From assembly GCA_964386865.1 (NCBI GenBank), contig CAYLUN010000004.1:28123-92122 (forward strand): a stretch of DNA of 64,000 bases, read 5' to 3'. This document shows, piece by piece, positions 8,855 through 16,166 of the stretch. The notes below the pieces were generated by a model. It was given only the letters and a program-made list of their open reading frames with translations. It did no database searches and was not told the origin of the DNA. Every line of letters starts with the position of its first letter. Position 1 is the stretch's first letter. A program made the position numbers and the translations under genes. The DNA comes from an uncultured Lentisphaeraceae bacterium. Its GTDB lineage: Bacteria; Verrucomicrobiota; Kiritimatiellia; RFP12; UBA1067.

Positions 8855-9778
8855 GTGCGAATCGTGGCGAGTGAGCGGAACATCCTTCGGCGGCTGTGGC
8901 GGCGGTGGGACACGCGGCTGTGTCTCGCCGTCATCGCCGCCTACTGCTGTCTGGCCGCCTACGGCGAAATCGTGTACCAGGCGGCCAAGGCGACGGACCG
9001 GACGCCGTCGTACAACCAGGTGCACGAGGACTACCGGTACCTGCCTCCTGCCTTCGTGCGCGTGTGCTCCGGCGCGCCGCGGCCCGCCGGTCAGCCGCTC
9101 TATCCGCTCGGCAGCGACAATCTCGGGCGCGATGTGGCCGTGCGCCTGGTGCAGGGCGCGCGTATCGCGTTCCACGTGGGCATCGTCACGTCGCTGATCG
9201 CGATCCCGCTGGGCGTGCTTCTGGGCTGCCTCGGCGGCTACTTCGGCGGCCGCGCCGACAGCCTCGTGATCTGGCTGTGCGCGACGGTCGCGTCGATGCC
9301 GGGACTGCTCTTCATTCTGGCCATCGCGATGGTGGTGGGGCAGGGGCTCCTGGGCGTCTACCTGGGCATCGGCCTCACCACGTGGGTGGGCGTATGCCGC
9401 AATGTGAGGGCCGAAGTCCTGAAGCACCGCGGACGCGCCTATGTGCAGGCCGCGCAGGTGCTCGGATACGGCCACGCCCGCATCATGTTCCGGCATATTT
9501 TGCCCAATGTGGCGCACATCGTCCTGATCGCGTTCTCAATCCGCTTTCCCGCGTCGGTCGCCACGGAGGTCTTCATCAGCTTCCTCGGCATCGGCGTTCA
9601 GGGCGAGCCCTCGTGGGGCATCATGATCAACAACGCGCGGCTCCGGCTGTGGCAGGGCGTGTGGTGGGAGATGACCTTCGTGACGCTGGCGATCTTCGCG
9701 CTGGTGCTGGCGTTCAACCACCTGGCGGATGCGCTGCGCGACTTGCTCGACCCTGCGCTGCGGACCGAGAGCGGATAG
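8855..9778 (+). CDS. ABC transporter permease, DppC/OppC-like
   Basis: …PLGSDNLGRDV…, …YVQAAQVLGYGHARIMFRHILPN…. GTG start as in the track. Confidence 0.85.
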   Translation: MRIVASERNILRRLWRRWDTRLCLAVIAAYCCLAAYGEIVYQAAKATDRTPSYNQVHEDYRYLPPAFVRVCSGAPRPAGQPLYPLGSDNLGRDVAVRLVQGARIAFHVGIVTSLIAIPLGVLLGCLGGYFGGRADSLVIWLCATVASMPGLLFILAIAMVVGQGLLGVYLGIGLTTWVGVCRNVRAEVLKHRGRAYVQAAQVLGYGHARIMFRHILPNVAHIVLIAFSIRFPASVATEVFISFLGIGVQGEPSWGIMINNARLRLWQGVWWEMTFVTLAIFALVLAFNHLADALRDLLDPALRTESG

Positions 9779-9779
9779 T

Positions 9780-9849
9780 GGTCGGAGGTCAGAGGTCAGA
9801 GGTCGGAGGGCGGAGGGCGGAGGGCGGAGGTCGGAGGTCAGAGGTCGGA
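9780..9849. repeat. tandem heptanucleotide array, 10 units (GGTCRGA / GGGCGGA)
   Basis: GGTCGGA GGTCAGA GGTCAGA GGTCGGA GGGCGGA GGGCGGA GGGCGGA GGTCGGA GGTCAGA GGTCGGA. It begins 2 nt after the permease stop and ends 14 nt before the next start. Confidence 0.95.
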
Positions 9850-9863
9850 GGGGGAGTGAAGTC

Positions 9864-10844
9864 GTGAGCGGAGAGTGGGACGATTGGCGGTGGCAGATGC
9901 GGCGCGCGGTGACGGGGACGTCCGACGCGTTGCGTGTGTTTGGCGTCGACGCGGAGACGGCCGGGCGGGTGCAGGCGCGGTACCCCGTCGTGATTTCGCC
10001 CTACGCGCTGTCGCTGCTCAGGCGCGGTGAGCCGCTCGACCCGCTGAGCCGGCAGGCGCTGCCGTCGCTGGCTGAGCTGAGGGCCGAGCCCGGCGCGGTC
10101 GCCGACCCCTTCGCGGAGAAGGGCGGGGCGGCGTGTTGCCACGGGCTCAAGCAGCGGTTCCCGGACCGCGTGCTCGTGATGGCGCACGACCGGTGCGCGA
10201 TGGCCTGCCGCCACTGCACGCGCAAGGGCTTGCTGAAAGGCGCGGACGTGGTCCGCACGCCGGCCCAGCTCGGCGCGGCGGTGGCCTGGGTGGAGGCACA
10301 CTCCGCCGTGCGCGAGGTGCTGCTGTCCGGCGGCGACCCGCTCCTGCTCTCGGACGCCCGTTTGATGGCGTTCGTTCGCGCGTTCGCGCGGCTGCCGCAG
10401 ATCGACGCGGTGCGGATCGGCACGCGCATGCCGGCCACGCTGCCGATGCGGATCACCGGCGCGTTGGCCCGCAAATTGGGCGCGTGCAAGAAGGTCTGGG
10501 TCAACACGCAGTTCAACCACGCGCGGGAGCTGACGCCCGAGGCCGTGGCGGCTTGCGCGCGGCTGGTGGACGCCGGCGTGCCGGTCTCGAACCAGAGCGT
10601 GCTGCTGAAAGGCGTCAACGATTCGGTCGGGGCGCTCTTCGACCTCTGCTCGGCGCTGCAGCGGGCTCGCGTGCGGCCCTACTACGTGTTCCTGTGCGAC
10701 CCCGTCGCCGGCATCGGCCACTTCCGGGTGCCGGTCAGCCGGGCGCGAGCTATCGAGCGCGAGCTGGCCTGCCGCCTCGGAGGCCTGGCTCTGCCGCGCT
10801 TTGTGCGGGACGTGCCCGGCGCGCCCTGCAAGCAGCCGATCTGA
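9864..10844 (+). CDS. KamA-family radical SAM protein (short lysine 2,3-aminomutase/EpmB-like)
   Basis: CAMACRHC is a CX3CX2C cluster motif; also …LLSGGDPL… and …RPYYVFLCDP…. GTG 9864 was chosen because it follows GGAGGGGGAG and lies after the repeat array. Confidence 0.8.
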   Translation: MSGEWDDWRWQMRRAVTGTSDALRVFGVDAETAGRVQARYPVVISPYALSLLRRGEPLDPLSRQALPSLAELRAEPGAVADPFAEKGGAACCHGLKQRFPDRVLVMAHDRCAMACRHCTRKGLLKGADVVRTPAQLGAAVAWVEAHSAVREVLLSGGDPLLLSDARLMAFVRAFARLPQIDAVRIGTRMPATLPMRITGALARKLGACKKVWVNTQFNHARELTPEAVAACARLVDAGVPVSNQSVLLKGVNDSVGALFDLCSALQRARVRPYYVFLCDPVAGIGHFRVPVSRARAIERELACRLGGLALPRFVRDVPGAPCKQPI

Positions 10845-11056
10845 GCGCGGCGTTTGACCCTGCTTCAAGTAAGGTGTGCGGCGCCGTGTCTGTCAGGCAA
10901 TACTGATTGCAGAACCGAGCAAGGTCTTGTAAGATGCTCACACAATCAAAGAGCGTGTCTTGTCGGCTGGCGACCCAAGCGCGGAGCGTGGCCGCTCAGT
11001 CTGTAGCCAAGGCTCTGGACAGCGCGCCAAGCCGCAGGTAGCATGCGGGGTGAATC

Positions 11057-12064
11057 ATGCATAGTTCTATCACAAAGATCGCCTACTATCTTCCGGAGCG
11101 CGTGTTGTCCAATGACGAGCTTGCTCTTCTGTACCCGGCCTGGACGGCGGACAAGATCTTTGACAAGACCGGGATACGGCAGCGCCATGTTTGCGCGGAC
11201 GGCGAGACGGCCCTTGATTTGGCCGAACGCGCGTGCCGGAAGCTCGTTGATGAGCTGAGTCTCGATGCGGGATCTGTCGATTTCCTTCTGCTATGTACTC
11301 AGTCGCCCGACTACTTTCTCCCAACCTCGGCGTGCATGTTGCAGAATCGCCTGGGGCTGCCCAAGACCTGCGGGGCCCTGGACTACAATTTGGGGTGCTC
11401 GGGGTACGTGTATGGGCTGAGCCTGGCCAAGGGTCTCATTGCCGGCGGTATCGCCCGGCGCGTGTTGTTGGTGACGGCGGAGACATACTCCAAGCATATT
11501 CATGCGATGGATAAGAGTGTCCGCACCATTTTTGGCGATGGGGCGGCCGCCTCGTTGATTGATGCGGCTGAACAGGACGGCCTTGGGCAGTTCGTCTTGG
11601 GAACAGACGGGGCCGGATATCAAACTATTATCGTCCCCACCGGCGCCATGCGTCAGGCACGCTCGGCAGAAACAGGCAAGGAAGAAACGGATGATTCGGG
11701 TAACATTCGTGCGCGCGACAATCTCTTTATGGATGGGCCCGACGTCTTCAACTTCACGTTGGACGTGGTGCCGGAGACGGTGAGCCGCGTGTTGGAAAAG
11801 AATCACATGTCGACAGATGACGTCGACCTGTTCGTTTTTCATCAGGCCAACCTCTTCATGTTGAACACGCTTCGCAAAGCGCTGGGTTTGCCGAAGGAGA
11901 AGTTCGTGGTGAACATGGCGGATATTGGGAACACGGTTTCGTCGACGATTCCCATCGCGCTGGCGCGGGCTGAGGCTGACGGAACCCTCAGGCGAGGCAT
12001 GAAGGTGATGCTCGTCGGATTTGGCGTTGGCCTTTCGTGGGGCGCGACAATCATAACTTGGTGA
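11057..12064 (+). CDS. 3-oxoacyl-ACP synthase III (FabH-like KAS III)
   Basis: Catalytic-triad contexts: NLGCSGYVYG (Cys), VFHQAN (His), GNTVSSTIP (Asn). G+C is visibly lower than in the flanks. Confidence 0.85.
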   Translation: MHSSITKIAYYLPERVLSNDELALLYPAWTADKIFDKTGIRQRHVCADGETALDLAERACRKLVDELSLDAGSVDFLLLCTQSPDYFLPTSACMLQNRLGLPKTCGALDYNLGCSGYVYGLSLAKGLIAGGIARRVLLVTAETYSKHIHAMDKSVRTIFGDGAAASLIDAAEQDGLGQFVLGTDGAGYQTIIVPTGAMRQARSAETGKEETDDSGNIRARDNLFMDGPDVFNFTLDVVPETVSRVLEKNHMSTDDVDLFVFHQANLFMLNTLRKALGLPKEKFVVNMADIGNTVSSTIPIALARAEADGTLRRGMKVMLVGFGVGLSWGATIITW

Positions 12065-12081
12065 AACAAGGAGCAACAGAA

Positions 12082-12291
12082 ATGACTCAGGAAGAGAAGC
12101 TGAAAGAGGTGGCGGAGCTGTTCGAAGAAGAGGGTGTTACGCCGGAAACGGCGCTCGACACCTTGCGGTGGGATTCCATGTCGATGCTGTCGGTGATCGC
12201 CTTGGTAAAAGCCAAGTTCAATCGACGCCTGTCAGGGACGGAGCTGCGCGACATGGAAACAGTTCAAGATATTCTGAACGTCATGAGCTGA
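12082..12291 (+). CDS. acyl carrier protein-like (69 aa)
   Basis: MTQEEKLKEVAELF…LRWDSMSMLSVIALV… has a DSM/DSL-type phosphopantetheine-attachment serine context. ATG 12082 lies inside ORF 12037-12291. Confidence 0.7.
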   Translation: MTQEEKLKEVAELFEEEGVTPETALDTLRWDSMSMLSVIALVKAKFNRRLSGTELRDMETVQDILNVMS

Positions 12292-12341
12292 AAGAGCCTC
12301 TGCGGCCTGCCGGCGGCGGCTTACGTAACGAGGAGTCCCCC

Positions 12342-13100
12342 GTGAACATGAACCCGATGGAGTTGACGGATAGGCGCATCATCATCACGGGGGCTTCCTC
12401 TGGCATAGGCCGCGCGTGTTCGGTCTTGGCTTCGCAGCTGGGGGCTTCGTGCGTGTTGGTGGCGCGGAGCGAAGAGAAACTGCGGGAAACCTTGGGATGT
12501 TTGGCGCCAGGAGATCACGACGTCATATCCTGTGACCTCTCCAGATTGGAGGCGGTTGCGCCGCTGTTCGACCAGATAGGCCGCAAGGGGAAGGTGTCGG
12601 GGCTGGTTCATTCTGCCGGCGTTCGATCCGCCGCGCCGATCGCCTATCAGTCGATCGAAGACATGCAGACGGCGATGACGGTGAACTACTTCTCTTTCTT
12701 GGAGCTGATGAAGTTCTTTTCCAAGAAGCGGTACTGTGAAGGCGGCTCAGTTGTCGCGGTTTCGTCTGTTGCGGCTGCGGCTGGATGGCGGGGGGTGTCG
12801 CTGTATTCGGGGACGAAAGGCGCCTTGTCTGCGTCGGTTCGGGCCTTGGCCATGGAGCTGGTGTCAAAGGGGATACGCGTCAATGCCGTTCAGCCGGGAA
12901 GTATTAAAACGCCGCTGTTTGACACCGTTGAGGGCGAGCTGTCATCCGACTATCAGCAGCTCGAATTGATGAAAATGCAGCCGCTTGGACTGGGGGATCC
13001 CATGGATGTCGCTCATGCGGTCTGCTTTCTTCTGAGCAACGCAGCACGGTTTATCACGGGCACGAACCTGGTGGTGGATGGCGGATATCTGGCGCAATGA
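12342..13100 (+). CDS. SDR-family oxidoreductase (FabG-like ketoreductase)
   Basis: TGASSGIGRA (cofactor motif) and YSGTKGAL (YxxxK). GTG 12342 follows AGGAG; ATG 12348 is an alternative start. Confidence 0.85.
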   Translation: MNMNPMELTDRRIIITGASSGIGRACSVLASQLGASCVLVARSEEKLRETLGCLAPGDHDVISCDLSRLEAVAPLFDQIGRKGKVSGLVHSAGVRSAAPIAYQSIEDMQTAMTVNYFSFLELMKFFSKKRYCEGGSVVAVSSVAAAAGWRGVSLYSGTKGALSASVRALAMELVSKGIRVNAVQPGSIKTPLFDTVEGELSSDYQQLELMKMQPLGLGDPMDVAHAVCFLLSNAARFITGTNLVVDGGYLAQ

Positions 13101-13109
13101 TGGGGCTCC

Positions 13110-14927
13110 ATGATAATTGACGTAAAAGAGAAGCGGGACTGCTGTGGGTGCTGTGCGTGCGTGGACAGTTGCCCCGGCCGGGCCATCTCTCTGAAAGCGG
13201 ATCGCGAAGGCTTTTGGTATCCGGTCGTCGATGAGGCTTTGTGCAAGGCGTGTGGGCTCTGCGGGCAAACATGTCCGATGTGCCATCGTGCTGAGATCAA
13301 GAAGAACGAGTTTGACCAGCCCCGCTGCTTGGTGGCGGTTCATAAGAATTTGGAAGTCCGCTTCGACAGCTCGTCGGGCGGCCTCTTCTCGGCGCTCGCC
13401 TCGCTGATTTATCGCCGGGGCGGGTATGTGGGCGGGGCTGTCTTCAATGATGATTTCTCGGTCAGCCACTTTATTTCGAACGACAAGAAAGATCTGAAGC
13501 GGCTGCGAGGCGCGAAGCACCTTCAAAGCCGCGCGGATGGGTTCTATGTGGCTGTGCGCGATCTAGTAAACAGGGGCGAATGGGTGCTTGTGTGCGGCGC
13601 GCCCTGTCAGATGGCTGCCCTGAGGCTCTTTCTCGGCAAGGCCTATGAGCGGCTGCTCATCCTCGATTTCGACTGCGGCGGCATGTGTTCGCCCAAGGTG
13701 TTTCGAAAGTACCTTGAGCACCTTGAAGGCCAGTTTCATGCGAAGGCCGTCTATTTCAAAGCGATGAACAAGGAGCTGGGCTGGCGGAAGCTCACATCAA
13801 AAGTGGTCTTTGACGATGGGCAGACGCTCTATGACACAAAAGACACAAGCTTGTTTACGCAGGGATATAGCCACACGCGAGCCTTTTTCCGGCCGTCCTG
13901 CTACGCGTGCGCATTCAAAGGGTTTCCGCGTGTCGCGGACATCACGCTCGCCGACTTTCACGGGTCGAAGAAGGCGGCCGGCTCCGAGCTTGACCATGAT
14001 TTGGGCACGTCGTTGGTCTTGCTGAATAACCAGAAAGCCGTGGGCATTTTTGGTCAGCTGGAAAATGCGGTTCTGGCGGAAGAGGCTCCGCTCGAACGTG
14101 CGCTGAGCGGTAACCCGGCGCTTCTGAAGCCGCCGGAAGCTCCAACGGTTGACCGGGAGGCGTTCTATGCGAGCCTGGACGCATCCTCGTTTGCTGCGGT
14201 TGCCCAGCAGTTCTTTGGCCCGAGCGGGCTGCGGGGCGGACGGGCAAGGCGGATACGGGTGTGGTGGCGCCGCGTGCGCCACAATGCCGTGGCGGTTAGG
14301 CGGCTCGCGGGTTTTCGCTTGCGGCCGCTGCTCCAGACGCTTCGCTACAATTCGATTTCCGCTTTGATCAAGGGGCGCGGGCTCTTGATTCCCAGGCGGT
14401 CGTGTGTGCTGCATATCCAGAAGAAGGCGCGCCTACAGCTGGACGCCAACCTGTTGCTTGGCGTCTCGCATATGGCGGGAAGTTCGCTGGAGACGCGGCT
14501 GTTCGTTGAAAATGGCGCCTCGCTGACCGTCAAGGCGGAGACCGTGGTTGGCTATGGCTCCGATATCGAGGTTTTCAAAGGCGCGTCGCTGGTCTTCAAT
14601 GGCTGCGCGTCCAATATTGGGCTGACGCTCATTTGTGGTGAGAGCATCGCGTTCGGCCGCGATGTCCGAATCGGGCGGAACGTAACGATCCGCGACACCA
14701 ATGGCGGGCATTATCTGTCTATCTCCGGATATCGGAACACAAAGCCGGTTGAGGTCGGCGAGCACGCCTGGCTGTGCGAGGGCTGCACGATTATGCCGGG
14801 GGTTAAGGTCGGCGTCGGCGCGATTGTCGGGGCCAAGGCGGTTGTGTTTAAGAACGTTCCGGCCCACTCGCTGGTTCTGGGTAATCCGGCGGAGGTTGTT
14901 CTGCAGGATGTGTATTGGAAGTATTAG
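13110..14927 (+). CDS. fusion protein: 2x[4Fe-4S] ferredoxin plus FrhB-like (F420 hydrogenase/dehydrogenase beta family) domain, with a C-terminal left-handed beta-helix (hexapeptide) acyltransferase
   Basis: N-terminus CCGCCACVDSCP and CKACGLCGQTCP. RFDSSSGGLF and GAPCQ match FrhB-like proteins of polysaccharide loci. The C-terminus …VGEHAWLCEGCTIMPGVKVGVGAIVGAKAVVFKNVP…GNPA is hexapeptide-repeat type. Confidence 0.75.
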   Translation: MIIDVKEKRDCCGCCACVDSCPGRAISLKADREGFWYPVVDEALCKACGLCGQTCPMCHRAEIKKNEFDQPRCLVAVHKNLEVRFDSSSGGLFSALASLIYRRGGYVGGAVFNDDFSVSHFISNDKKDLKRLRGAKHLQSRADGFYVAVRDLVNRGEWVLVCGAPCQMAALRLFLGKAYERLLILDFDCGGMCSPKVFRKYLEHLEGQFHAKAVYFKAMNKELGWRKLTSKVVFDDGQTLYDTKDTSLFTQGYSHTRAFFRPSCYACAFKGFPRVADITLADFHGSKKAAGSELDHDLGTSLVLLNNQKAVGIFGQLENAVLAEEAPLERALSGNPALLKPPEAPTVDREAFYASLDASSFAAVAQQFFGPSGLRGGRARRIRVWWRRVRHNAVAVRRLAGFRLRPLLQTLRYNSISALIKGRGLLIPRRSCVLHIQKKARLQLDANLLLGVSHMAGSSLETRLFVENGASLTVKAETVVGYGSDIEVFKGASLVFNGCASNIGLTLICGESIAFGRDVRIGRNVTIRDTNGGHYLSISGYRNTKPVEVGEHAWLCEGCTIMPGVKVGVGAIVGAKAVVFKNVPAHSLVLGNPAEVVLQDVYWKY

Positions 14928-15031
14928 CGGCGGGCGCGGCGAGCGGAGACGGTGAGTTCTTTGTGACCGGCCTGTGCGGAGAAACAGGCACGGTCGCTCG
15001 CCGCGACCCGAAGAGCGGTGAAAACCGGCGC

Positions 15032-15061
15032 TTGTCGGCGCGGGCGGGAATGGGGTATCAT
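15032..15061 (+). promoter_or_regulatory. promoter candidate (TTGTCG-18-TATCAT) for the thiamine leader
   Basis: The hexamers were read directly. The predicted transcription start falls at the 5' edge of the TPP riboswitch. Confidence 0.35.
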
Positions 15062-15069
15062 CCGTCCCA

Positions 15070-15170
15070 ACTGCCATCGGGGTGCCGTGGGCGCGAGCGA
15101 CCGGCTGAGAGAAAACCCGTTGAACCTGATCCGGATCATACCGGCGCGAGGGAAGTGGTCTGTCGCGCAA
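15070..15170 (+). promoter_or_regulatory. TPP (THI-box) riboswitch
   Basis: GGGGTGCC…GGCTGAGAGAAAACCCGTTGAACCTGATCCGGATCATACCGGCGCGAGGGAAG matches the conserved CUGAGA…ACCC…AACCUGAUC.GG.U.AUACC.GCG.AGGGA core. It lies upstream of thiD-thiC. Confidence 0.9.
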
Positions 15171-15179
15171 TTGTTTGAA

Positions 15180-15213
15180 GCGGAGCCGGAGCGGGCTCCG
15201 CTTTTTGTTTTTT
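15180..15213 (+). terminator. riboswitch expression-platform terminator
   Basis: GCGGAGCC-(6 nt)-GGCTCCGC is followed by TTTTTGTTTTTT, 20 nt before the thiD ATG. Confidence 0.8.
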
Positions 15214-15232
15214 GGAATGATGGAGCACTGAA

Positions 15233-16102
15233 ATGATGGAAGACCGGAAAGACGGAGATGAGGAGCGAGAGGGCCTTCGGCTGGCGGTGGCGCTGACGAT
15301 CGCGGGCAGCGACAGCGGCGGCAACGCTGGCGTTCAGGCTGATCTGCGCGCGTTCCACGTCTTCGGCGTGCACGGCTGCACGGTGCTGGCGGCGCTGACC
15401 GCGCAGAACCCGGACGGCGTGCGGGCCATCCTGACGGCCGACGCCGCCTTCGTGACGGCGCAGCTGGATGCGGTGCTGGAGGCGTATGCCGTGACCGCGC
15501 TCAAGACGGGCATGCTGTCGAGCCCGGAGGTGATCGAAGCCGTCGCGGACGGACTGGTGTGCCAGGGCCGCATCCTCAAAGTGGTCGATCCCGTGATGGT
15601 GGCGACCAGCGGCGCGAAGCTGCTGCAGGAGGAGGCGTCCGAGCGGCTGACCGCGCGCCTGCTGCCGCTGGCGACGCTGCTCACGCCCAACCTGCCCGAG
15701 GCCGAGGTGCTGGTGGGGCGGCGCGTGGCGACGCGCGAGGAGATGGCCGAGGCCGCTCGTGCGCTGTCCGGCCGCTTCGGGTGCGCGGTCCTCGTCAAGG
15801 GCGGCCACGGGGCGGGCGCCTGCGCGGAGGATGCGCTGTTCGATGGCCGCTCGCTCTGCTGGCTCTCGACGCCGCGGATCGCGAATCCGCTCTCTACGCA
15901 CGGGACGGGGTGTTCGCTCAGCGCGGCGATTACGGCGTCGCTCGCCTGCGGCCGGGATCTGCTGGACGCCGTGGTCGAAGGCAAGGCCTACGTGTATGAG
16001 GCGATCCGCACGGGCGTGCGTGTCGGCGAGCAGGCTGCCGTGCTGGGGACGCCCTCCAGACTGCCCCTTGACGTGGTGCGGGTGGAGGCGGAGAAGGGAT
16101 GA
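15233..16102 (+). CDS. thiD: hydroxymethylpyrimidine/phosphomethylpyrimidine kinase
   Basis: …LTIAGSDSGGNAGVQADL…, …VVDPVMVATSGAKLL…, …LLTPNLPEAE…, …VLVKGGH…. Confidence 0.93.
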   Translation: MMEDRKDGDEEREGLRLAVALTIAGSDSGGNAGVQADLRAFHVFGVHGCTVLAALTAQNPDGVRAILTADAAFVTAQLDAVLEAYAVTALKTGMLSSPEVIEAVADGLVCQGRILKVVDPVMVATSGAKLLQEEASERLTARLLPLATLLTPNLPEAEVLVGRRVATREEMAEAARALSGRFGCAVLVKGGHGAGACAEDALFDGRSLCWLSTPRIANPLSTHGTGCSLSAAITASLACGRDLLDAVVEGKAYVYEAIRTGVRVGEQAAVLGTPSRLPLDVVRVEAEKG

Positions 16103-16164
16103 ACTTTCAACGCTCAACGCGCAACTTTCAACGCTCAACTCTAAACTCTGAACCCCGAATTCTC
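16102..16164. repeat. tandem heptad array, 9 units phased on AAC (AACNNNN)
   Basis: AACTTTC AACGCTC AACGCGC AACTTTC AACGCTC AACTCTA AACTCTG AACCCCG AATTCTC. It fills the whole thiD-thiC spacer. Confidence 0.9.
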
Positions 16165-16166
16165 TT

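Noticed and set aside
9780-9849. Whether the tandem arrays (here and at 5178, 16102, 19033, 27347) could be CRISPR arrays or minisatellite coding repeats
   Set aside because: The units are only 7-8 nt and directly abut each other with no spacers. No cas genes are present. The arrays lie between genes, so they are simple tandem repeats, not CRISPRs.
9864-14927. KamA-like aminomutase plus acyltransferase as an N-acetyl-beta-lysine (AblAB-type) osmolyte pathway
   Set aside because: The aminomutase is the short EpmB-like form. It is separated from the cassette by a 212-nt gap and an apparent G+C discontinuity. The transferase is a hexapeptide-repeat type fused to an FrhB-like domain, not a GNAT. 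The link is not supported.
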